IMG/VR virus record: IMGVR_UViG_2706794677_000002
Reading direction: 5' to 3' (one strand)
Origin: a virus
Lineage: Duplodnaviria; Heunggongvirae; Uroviricota; Caudoviricetes
Length of the DNA: 19,859 nt
Positions within the stretch are counted from its first letter, which is position 1. Every line of letters starts with the position of its first letter. The notes beneath the pieces were generated by a model, which was not told where the DNA came from, did not search any database, and saw only the letters and a list, made by a program, of their open reading frames with translations. This document shows positions 11,739-19,859 of the stretch, in pieces. The position numbers and the translations under genes were made by a program.

Positions 11739-14292
11739 ACCGGTAGGCGATCTGGTCGTTGATTTGAGTCTGGATGCGGCCAGATTTGACGAGCAGATGG
11801 CCAGAGTCAGGCGTCATTTTTCCGGTACGGAAAGTGATGCGAAAAAAACAGCGGCAGTCGTTGAACAGTCGCTGAGCCGACAGGCGCTGGCTGCACAGAA
11901 AGCGGGGATTTCCGTCGGGCAGTATAAAGCCGCCATGCGTATGCTGCCTGCACAGTTCACCGACGTGGCCACGCAGCTTGCAGGGGGGCAGAATCCCTGG
12001 CTGATCCTGCTGCAACAGGGTGGTCAGGTTAAGGACTCCTTCGGCGGGATGATCCCCATGTTCAGGGGGCTTGCCGGCGCGATCACCCTGCCGATGGTGG
12101 GGGCCACCTCGCTGGCGGTGGCGACCGGTGCGCTGGCGTATGCCTGGTATCAGGGCAACTCAACCCTGTCCGATTTCAACAAAACGCTGGTCCTTTCCGG
12201 TAATCAGGCGGGACTGACGGCAGATCGTATGCTGGTCCTGTCCAGAGCCGGGCAGGCGGCAGGGCTGACGTTTAACCAGACCAGCGAGTCACTCAGCGCA
12301 CTGGTTAAGGCGGGGGTAAGCGGTGAGGCTCAGATTGCGTCCATCAGCCAGAGTGTGGCGCGTTTCTCCTATGCATCCGGCGTGGAGGTGGACAAGGTCG
12401 CTGAAGCCTTCGGGAAGCTGACCACAGACCCGACGTCGGGGCTGACGGCGATGGCACGCCAGTTCCATAACGTGACGGCGGAGCAGATTGCGTATGTTGC
12501 TCAGTTGCAGCGTTCCGGCGATGAAGCCGGGGCATTGCAGGCGGCGAACGAGGCCGCAACGAAAGGGTTTGATGACCAGACCCGCCGCCTGAAAGAGAAC
12601 ATGGGCACGCTGGAGACCTGGGCAGACAGGACTGCACGTGCATTCAAATCCATGTGGGATGCGGTGCTGGATATTGGTCGTCCTGATACCGCGCAGGAGA
12701 TGCTGATTAAGGCAGAGGCTGCGTTTAAGAAAGCAGACGACATCTGGAATCTGCGCAAGGATGATTATTTCGTTAACGATGAAGCACGGGCGCGTTACTG
12801 GGATGATCGTGAAAAAAAACGCCTGGAGCGGGATGCAGCCCAAAAGAGGGTAGATCAACAGCGTCAACAGGACAAAAATGCGCAGCAGCAGAGCGATACC
12901 GAAGCGTCACGGCTGAAATATACCGAAGAGGCGCAGAAGGCTTACGAACGGCTGCAGACGCCGCTGGAGAAATATACCGCCCGTCAGGAAGAACTGAACA
13001 AGGCACTGAAAGACGGAAAAATCCTGCAGGCAGATTACAACACGCTGATGGCGGCGGCGAAAAAGGATTATGAAGCGACGCTGAAAAAGCCGAAACAGTC
13101 CGGCGTGAAGGTGTATGCGGGCGATCGTCAGGAAGACAGTGCTCATGCGGCCCTGCTGACGCTTCAGGCAGAACTCCGGACGCTGGAGAAGCATGCCGGA
13201 GCGAATGAGAAAATCAGCCAGCAGCGCCGGGATTTGTGGAAGGCAGAAAGTCAGTTCGCGGTACTGGAGGAGGCGGCACAACGTCGCCAGCTGTCCGCAC
13301 AGGAGAAATCCCTGCTGGCGCATAAAGACGAGACGCTGGAGTACAAACGCCAGCTGGCTGCACTTGGTGACAAGGTTACGTATCAGGAGCACCTGAATGC
13401 GCTGGCGCAGCAGGCGGATAAATTCGCACAGCAGCAACGGGCAAAACGGGCAGCCATTGATGCGAAAAACCGGGGGCTGACTGACCGGCAGGCAGCGCGG
13501 GAAGCCACGGAACAGCGCCTGAAGGAACAGTATGGCGATAATCCTCTGGCGCTGAATAACGTCATGTCAGAGCAGAAAAAGACCTGGGCGGCTGAAGACC
13601 AGCTTCGCGGGAGCTGGATGGCAGGCCTGAAGTCCGGCTGGAGTGAGTGGGAAGAGAGCGCCACGGACAGTATGTCACAGGTTAAAAGTGCAGCCACGCA
13701 GACCTTTGATGGTATTGCACAGAATATGGCGGCGATGCTGACCGGCAGTGAACAGAACTGGCGCAGCTTCACCCGCTCCGTGCTGTCCATGATGACAGAA
13801 ATTCTGCTTAAGCAGGCAATGGTGGGGATTGTCGGGAGTATCGGCAGCGCCATTGGCGGGGCTGTTGGTGGCGGCGCATCCGCGTCAGGTGGTACAGCCA
13901 TTCAGGCCGCTGCGGTGAAATTCCATTTTGCAACCGGGGGATTTACGGGAACCGGCGGCAAATATGAGCCAGCGGGGATTGTTCACCGTGGTGAATTTGT
14001 CTTCACGAAGGAGGCAACCAGCCGGATTGGCGTGGGGAATCTCTACCGGCTGATGCGCGGCTATGCGGAAGGTGGTTATGTGGGCGGTGCCGGAAGTCCG
14101 GCGCAGATGCGGCGGGCTGAAGGCATTAATTTTAATCAGAACAATCACGTGGTGATTCAGAACGACGGTACGAATGGTCTGCCAGGTCCACAGATGATGA
14201 AGGCCGTGTATGACATGGCCCGCAAGGGTGCCCGTGATGAAATTCAGACACAGATGCGTGATGGTGGCCTGTTCTCCGGAGGTGGACGATGA
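11731..14292 (+). CDS. H: tail tape measure protein gpH
   Basis: 853 aa, Ala/Gln/Lys-rich coiled-coil middle and Gly-rich C-terminal region; same length as lambda H (MAEPVGDLVVDLSLDAARFDEQMARVRRHF...). Confidence 0.97.
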   Translation: MAEPVGDLVVDLSLDAARFDEQMARVRRHFSGTESDAKKTAAVVEQSLSRQALAAQKAGISVGQYKAAMRMLPAQFTDVATQLAGGQNPWLILLQQGGQVKDSFGGMIPMFRGLAGAITLPMVGATSLAVATGALAYAWYQGNSTLSDFNKTLVLSGNQAGLTADRMLVLSRAGQAAGLTFNQTSESLSALVKAGVSGEAQIASISQSVARFSYASGVEVDKVAEAFGKLTTDPTSGLTAMARQFHNVTAEQIAYVAQLQRSGDEAGALQAANEAATKGFDDQTRRLKENMGTLETWADRTARAFKSMWDAVLDIGRPDTAQEMLIKAEAAFKKADDIWNLRKDDYFVNDEARARYWDDREKKRLERDAAQKRVDQQRQQDKNAQQQSDTEASRLKYTEEAQKAYERLQTPLEKYTARQEELNKALKDGKILQADYNTLMAAAKKDYEATLKKPKQSGVKVYAGDRQEDSAHAALLTLQAELRTLEKHAGANEKISQQRRDLWKAESQFAVLEEAAQRRQLSAQEKSLLAHKDETLEYKRQLAALGDKVTYQEHLNALAQQADKFAQQQRAKRAAIDAKNRGLTDRQAAREATEQRLKEQYGDNPLALNNVMSEQKKTWAAEDQLRGSWMAGLKSGWSEWEESATDSMSQVKSAATQTFDGIAQNMAAMLTGSEQNWRSFTRSVLSMMTEILLKQAMVGIVGSIGSAIGGAVGGGASASGGTAIQAAAVKFHFATGGFTGTGGKYEPAGIVHRGEFVFTKEATSRIGVGNLYRLMRGYAEGGYVGGAGSPAQMRRAEGINFNQNNHVVIQNDGTNGLPGPQMMKAVYDMARKGARDEIQTQMRDGGLFSGGGR

Positions 14293-14618
14293 AAACCTTC
14301 CGCTGGAAAGTGAAACCCGGTATGGATGTGGCTTCGGCCCCTTCTGTAAGAAAGGTGCGCTTTGGTGATGGCTATTCCCAGCGAGCGCCTGCCGGGCTGA
14401 ATGCCAACCTGAAAACGTACAGCGTGACGCTTTCTGTCCCCCGTGAGGAGGCCATGGTACTGGAGTCGTTTCTGGAAGAGCACGGGGGCTGGAAAGCCTT
14501 TCTGTGGACGCCGCCTTATGAGTGGCGGCAGATAAAGGTGACCTGCGCAAAATGGTCGTCGCGGGTCAGTATGCTGCGTGTTGAGTTCAGCGCAGAGTTT
14601 GAACAGGTGGTGAACTGA
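14289..14618 (+). CDS. M: tail tip protein gpM
   Basis: 109 aa (MKTFRWKVKPGMDVASAPSVRKVRFGDGYSQRAPAGLNANLKTYSV...); start overlaps the H stop. Confidence 0.95.
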   Translation: MKTFRWKVKPGMDVASAPSVRKVRFGDGYSQRAPAGLNANLKTYSVTLSVPREEAMVLESFLEEHGGWKAFLWTPPYEWRQIKVTCAKWSSRVSMLRVEFSAEFEQVVN

Positions 14619-15316
14619 TGCAGGATATCCGGCAGGAAACACTGAATGAATGCACCCGTGCGGAGCAGTCGGCCAGCGTGGTGCTCTGGGAAATCGATCT
14701 GACAGAGGTCGGTGGAGAACGTTATTTTTTCTGTAATGAGCAGAACGAAAAAGGTGAGCCGGTCACCTGGCAGGGGCGACAGTATCAGCCGTATCCCATT
14801 CAGGGGAGTGGTTTTGAACTGAATGGCAAAGGCACCAGTACGCGCCCCACGCTGATGGTTTCTAACCTGTACGGTATGGTCACCGGGATGGCGGAAGATC
14901 TACAGAGTCTGGTCGGCGGAACGGTGGTCCGGCGTAAGGTTTACGCCCGTTTTCTGGATGCGGTGAACTTCGTCAACGGAAACAGTGACGCCGATCCGGA
15001 GCAGGAGGTGATCAGCCGCTGGCGCATTGAGCAGTGCAGCGAACTGAGCGCGGTGAGTGCCTCTTTTGTACTGTCCACGCCGACGGAAACAGATGGCGCT
15101 GTTTTTCCGGGACGTATCATGCTGGCCAACACCTGCACCTGGACCTATCGCGGCGATGAGTGCGGTTATCACGGTCCGGCGGTCGCGGATGAATATGACC
15201 AGCCAACGTCCGANNNNNNNNNNNNNNNNNNNNNNNNNNNNNNNNNNNNNNNNNNNNNNNNNNNNNNNNNNNNNNNNNNNNNNNNNNNNNNNNNNNNNNN
15301 NNNNNNNNNNNNNNNN
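14618..15316 (+). CDS. L: tail tip protein gpL; the 3' end lies inside the N-masked gap, so the end coordinate is estimated from the 232-aa length of lambda L
   Basis: The first 198 aa are visible (MQDIRQETLNECTRAEQSASVVLWEIDLTEVGGERYFFCNEQNEKGEPVTWQGRQYQPY...CTWTYRGDECGYHGP...) and match lambda L; the Cys cluster of the C-terminal domain is partly masked. Confidence 0.85.
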
Positions 15317-15463
15317 NNNNNNNNNNNNNNNNNNNNNNNNNNNNNNNNNNNNNNNNNNNNNNNNNNNNNNNNNNNNNNNNNNNNNNNNNNNNNNNNNNNN
15401 NNNNNNNNNNNNNNNNNNNNNNNNNNNNNNNNNNNNNNNNNNNNNNNNNNNNNNNNNNNNNNN
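15214..15463. other. masked or unknown sequence (run of N) covering the L 3' end, the L-K intergenic region and possibly the K 5' end
   Basis: 250 consecutive N. Confidence 1.
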
Positions 15464-15481
15464 CCGGAGGCGTATTTCCGT

Positions 15482-16081
15482 ATGTCGCCGGAAGACTGGC
15501 TGCAGGCAGAGATGCAGGGTGAGATTGTGGCACTGGTCCACAGCCACCCCGGTGGTCTGCCCTGGCTGAGTGAGGCCGACCGGCGGCTGCAGGTGCAGAG
15601 TGATTTGCCGTGGTGGCTGGTCTGCCGGGGGGCGATTCACAAGTTCCGCTGTGTGCCACATCTTACCGGGCGGCGCTTTGAGCACGGGGTGACGGACTGT
15701 TACACGCTGTTCCGGGATGCTTACCATCTGGCGGGGATTGAGATGCCGGATTTTCATCGTGAGGATGACTGGTGGCGTCACGGTCAGAATCTCTATCTGG
15801 ATAATCTGGAGGCCACAGGGCTGTATCAGGTGCCGTTGTCAGCGGCGCAGCCGGGCGATGTGCTGCTGTGCTGTTTTGGTTCATCGGTGCCGAATCATGC
15901 CGCCATTTACTGTGGTGACGGCGAGCTGCTGCACCATATTCCTGAACAACTGAGCAAACGAGAGAGGTATACCGACAAATGGCAGCGACGCACACACTCC
16001 CTCTGGCGTCACCGGGCATGGCACGCATCTGCCTTTACGGGGATTTGCAACGATTTGGCCGCCGCATCGACCTTCGTGTGA
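15482..16081 (+). CDS. K: tail tip assembly protein gpK (JAMM/MPN-like plus NlpC/P60-like domains); the N-terminus may extend upstream into the masked gap
   Basis: 199 aa from the ATG at 15482 (MSPEDWLQAEMQGEIVALVHSHPGGLPWLSEADRRL...), matching the lambda K length; contains the HSHx7SxxD metalloprotease-like motif. The frame stays open upstream to the gap edge. Confidence 0.88.
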   Translation: MSPEDWLQAEMQGEIVALVHSHPGGLPWLSEADRRLQVQSDLPWWLVCRGAIHKFRCVPHLTGRRFEHGVTDCYTLFRDAYHLAGIEMPDFHREDDWWRHGQNLYLDNLEATGLYQVPLSAAQPGDVLLCCFGSSVPNHAAIYCGDGELLHHIPEQLSKRERYTDKWQRRTHSLWRHRAWHASAFTGICNDLAAASTFV

Positions 16082-16650
16082 AAACGGGTGCCGAAGCCAT
16101 CCGGGCGATGGCCACACAGCTCCCTGCGTTTCGTCAGAAGCTGAGCGACGGCTGGTATCAGGTGCGTATTGCCGGGCAGGATGTTAGCACGTCCGGATTA
16201 ACGGCACAGTTACATGAGGCTCTGCCTGACGGCGCTGTGATTCATATTGTTCCCAGAGTCGCCGGGGCCAAGTCAGGTGGTGTATTCCAGATTGTCCTGG
16301 GAGCAGCCGCCATTGCCGGATCATTCTTTACCGCCGGAGCCACCCTTGCAGCATGGGGGGCTGCCATTGGTGCCGGTGGTATGACCGGCATTCTGTTTTC
16401 TCTCGGTGCCAGTATGGTGCTCGGCGGTGTGGCTCAGATGCTGGCACCGAAAGCCAGAACTCCCCGCACACAGACAACGGATAACGGTAAGCAGAACACC
16501 TATTTCTCCTCACTGGATAACATGGTTGCCCAGGGCAATGTTATGCCTGTTCTGTATGGTGAAATGCGCGTGGGGTCACGTGTGGTATCTCAGGAGATCA
16601 GCACGGCAGACGAAGGGGACGGTGGTCAGGTTGTGGTGATTGGTCGCTGA
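15979..16650 (+). CDS. I: tail tip assembly protein gpI
   Basis: 223 aa (MAATHTLPLASPGMARICLYGDLQRFGRRIDLRVKTGAEAIRAMATQL...), overlapping the K 3' end as in lambda; Gly/Ala-rich hydrophobic C-terminal half. Confidence 0.95.
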   Translation: MAATHTLPLASPGMARICLYGDLQRFGRRIDLRVKTGAEAIRAMATQLPAFRQKLSDGWYQVRIAGQDVSTSGLTAQLHEALPDGAVIHIVPRVAGAKSGGVFQIVLGAAAIAGSFFTAGATLAAWGAAIGAGGMTGILFSLGASMVLGGVAQMLAPKARTPRTQTTDNGKQNTYFSSLDNMVAQGNVMPVLYGEMRVGSRVVSQEISTADEGDGGQVVVIGR

Positions 16651-16710
16651 TGCAAAATGTTTTATGTGAAATCGCCTCCGGGCGGTTTTATCGTTTATGG
16701 AGCATGACGA

Positions 16711-19700
16711 ATGGGTAAAGGCAGCAGTAAGGGGCATACCCCGCGCGAAGCGAAGGACAACCTGAAGTCCACGCAGCTGCTGAGTGTGATCGATGCCATC
16801 AGTGAAGGGCCGGTTGAAGGTCCGGTGGATGGATTAAAAAGCGTGCTGCTGAACAGTACGCCGGTGCTGGACAATGAGGGGAATACCAACATCTCCGGCG
16901 TCACGGTGGTGTTCCGGGCAGGTGAGCAGGAGCAGTCACCGCCGGAGGGGTTTGAATCCTCCGGCTCCGAGACGGTGCTGGGTACGGAAGTGAAATATGA
17001 CACGCCGATCACCCGGACCATCACGTCGGCAAACATTGACCGACTGCGTTTTACCTTCGGTGTACAGGCACTGGTGGAAACCACCTCAAAGGGAGACAGG
17101 AATCCGTCTGAAGTTCGCCTGCTGGTTCAGATACAGCGTAACGGTGGCTGGGTGACGGAAAAAGACATCACCATTAAGGGCAAAACCACCTCGCAGTATC
17201 TGGCCTCGGTGGTGGTGGATAACCTGCCGCCGCGCCCGTTTAATATCCGGATGCGCAGAATGACGCCGGACAGCACCACAGACCAGCTGCAGAACAAAAC
17301 GCTCTGGTCGTCATACACCGAAATCATCGATGTGAAACAGTGCTACCCGAACACGGCACTGGTCGGCGTACAGGTGGATTCGGAGCAGTTCGGCAGCCAG
17401 CAGGTGAGCCGTAATTATCATCTTCGCGGGCGCATTCTGCAGGTGCCGTCGAACTATAATCCGCAGACGCGGCAATACAGCGGTATCTGGGACGGAACGT
17501 TAAAACCGGCATACAGCAACAACATGGCCTGGTGTCTGTGGGATATGCTGACCCATCCGCGCTATGGCATGGGGAAACGTCTTGGTGCGGCAGATGTGGA
17601 TAAATGGGCGCTGTATGTCATCGGCCAGTACTGTGACCAGTCGGTGCCGGACGGCTTTGGCAGCACGGAGCCGCGCATCACCTGTAATGCCTGGCTGACC
17701 ACACAGCGCAAGGCGTGGGATGTGCTCAGTGATTTCTGCTCGGCGATGCGCTGTATGCCGGTATGGAACGGGCAGACGCTGACGTTCGTGCAGGACCGAC
17801 AGTCGGATAAGGTGTGGGCCTATAACCGCAGTAATGTGGTGATGCCGGATGATGGCGCGCCGTTCCGCTACAGTTTCAGCGCCCTGAAAGACCGCCATAA
17901 TGCCGTTGAGGTGAACTGGATTGACCCGGATAACGGCTGGGAGACGGCGACAGAGCTTGTGGAGGATACGCAGGCCATTGTCCGTTACGGTCGTAACGTC
18001 ACGAAGATGGATGCCTTTGGCTGTACCAGCCGGGGGCAGGCACACCGCGCCGGGCTGTGGCTGATTAAAACGGAACTGCTGGAGACGCAGACCGTGGATT
18101 TCAGCGTGGGTGCTGAAGGGCTTCGTCATGTACCGGGCGATGTCATTGAAATCTGCGATGATGACTATGCCGGTATCCGCACCGGCGGGCGCGTGCTGGC
18201 GGTGAACAGCCAGACCCGGACGCTGACGCTCGACCGTGAAATCACGCTGCCATCCTCCGGCACCACGCTGATAAGCCTGGTTGACGGGCAGGGGAATCCG
18301 GTCAGCGTGGAGGTCCAGTCCGTCACCGACGGCGTGAAGGTAAAAGTGAGCCGTGTTCCTGACGGTGTTGCTGAATACAGCGTGTGGGGGCTGAAGCTGC
18401 CGACGCTGCACCAGCGATTGTTCCGCTGCGNNNNNNNNNNNNNNNNNNNNNNNNNNNNNNNNNNNNNNNNNNNNNNNNNNNNNNNNNNNNNNNNNNNNNN
18501 NNNNNNNNNNNNNNNNNNNNNNNNNNNNNNNNNNNNNNNNNNNNNNNNNNNNNNNNNNNNNNNNNNNNNNNNNNNNNNNNNNNNNNNNNNNNNNNNNNNN
18601 NNNNNNNNNNNNNNNNNNNNNNNNNNNNNNNNNNNNNNNNNNNNNNNNNNNNNNNNNNNNNNNNNNNNNNGCTGACAGTCCGGGCAGTAAATGCGTGGGG
18701 GCAGCAGGGCGATCCGGCGTCGGTATCGTTCCGGATTGCCGCACCGGCAGCGCTGTCGCGGATTGAGCTGACGCCGGGCTATTTTCAGATAACCGCCACG
18801 CCGCATCTTGCGGTTTATGATCCGACGGTACAGTTTGAGTTCTGGTTCTCGGAAAAGCGGATTGCGGATATCAGGCAGGTTGAAACCACAGCACGCTATC
18901 TTGGCACGGCGCTGTACTGGATAGCCGCCAGTATCAATATCAAACCGGGCCATGATTATTACTTTTATATCCGCAGTGTGAACACCGTTGGCAAATCGGC
19001 ATTCGTGGAGGCTGTTGGTCAGCCGAGTGATGATGCATCCGGTTATCTGGATTTTTTCAAAGGCGAGATAGGGAAAACCCATCTGGCTCAGGAGCTGTGG
19101 ACGCAGATTGATAACGGTCAGCTTGCGCCTGACCTGGCTGAAATCAGGACGTCCATTACGGATGTCAGCAATGAAATCACGCAGACCGTCAATAAGAAAC
19201 TGGAAGACCAGAGTGCGGCAATTCAGCAGATACAGAAGGTTCAGGTTGATACAAATAATAACCTGAACAGCATGTGGGCTGTGAAGCTGCAGCAGATGCA
19301 GGACGGACGCCTTTATATCGCGGGTATTGGTGCCGGTATTGAGAACACCCCTGACGGCATGCAGAGTCAGGTGCTGCTGGCGGCGGACAGGATTGCGATG
19401 GTTAATCCTGCGAATGGCAACACAAAACCGATGTTTGTTGGTCAGGGCGATCAGATATTCATGAACGACGTGTTCCTGAAACGCCTGACGGCCCCCACCA
19501 TTACCAGCGGTGGAAATCCATCGGCATTTTCCCTGACTCCGGACGGAAAGCTGACCGCTAAAAATGCGGATATCAGTGGCAGTGTGAATGCGAACGCCGG
19601 GACGCTCAACAATGTCACGGTAAATGAAAACTGTACGATTAAGGGCATGCTGGAGGCGACTCAGGTCAGAGGTGACTTCGTTAAAGCTGTATCCAAATCA

Positions 19701-19859
19701 TTTCCGAAACAGGCTGGTACGTGGGGTAACACGGAAACACCAAACGGGACGGTTACAGTCACCATAAGCGATGATCATAACTTTGACCGCCAGATTATTA
19801 TTCCGCCCATTATTTTTAACGGTATAGCGTATGACGATCCGGGGAGCGGAAATAACCCA
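16711..19859 (+). CDS. J: tail tip / host-specificity protein gpJ (central tail fiber), interrupted by an N-masked gap and truncated at the window end
   Basis: ATG at 16711 ([37 protein letters not shown]...); ~573 aa are visible before the gap. After the gap the J sequence ([25 protein letters not shown]...[21 protein letters not shown]...) continues in a shifted frame to the window edge with no stop. Lambda J is 1132 aa. Confidence 0.93.
18431..18670. other. masked or unknown sequence (run of N) inside gene J
   Basis: 240 consecutive N. Confidence 1.

Noticed and set aside
12289-14642. Series of minus-strand ORFs (192, 176, 172, 221 and 132 aa) inside H and M
   Set aside because: All antisense to the tape measure gene, overlapping one another, with Arg/Cys/Pro-rich translations typical of the reverse strand of GC-rich genes.
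17500-19082. Minus-strand ORFs of 414 and 305 aa inside J
   Set aside because: Antisense to J, and most of their length is made of masked N translated as X; not real.

Overview
The window is almost entirely the late (morphogenetic) region of a lambda-type siphophage or prophage, laid out as in phage lambda: a right-end accessory region, the cos site, then Nu1-A-W-B-C/Nu3-D-E-FI-FII-Z-U-V-G/GT-H-M-L-K-I-J, all on the + strand. Gene order, lengths (181, 68, 533, 439, 110, 341, 132, 117, 192, 131, 246, 140, 853, 109, 199, 223 aa) and translated sequences match lambda gene products as I recall them, with scattered substitutions; no database search was run. Three runs of N (3152-3431, 15214-15463, 18431-18670) mask parts of A, the L-K junction and J, and their lengths do not preserve reading frame. 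I see no rRNA, tRNA, CRISPR array or insertion sequence. The only clearly non-lambda material is an AT-rich block of about 0.55 kb (roughly 250-810) upstream of cos, carrying one unknown ORF of about 136 aa on the minus strand. Other local deviations are a changed 12-nt cosN core and a divergent distal part of J. I find no convincing evidence of a multi-gene novel system; the AT-rich moron ORF is the best candidate for something undescribed.
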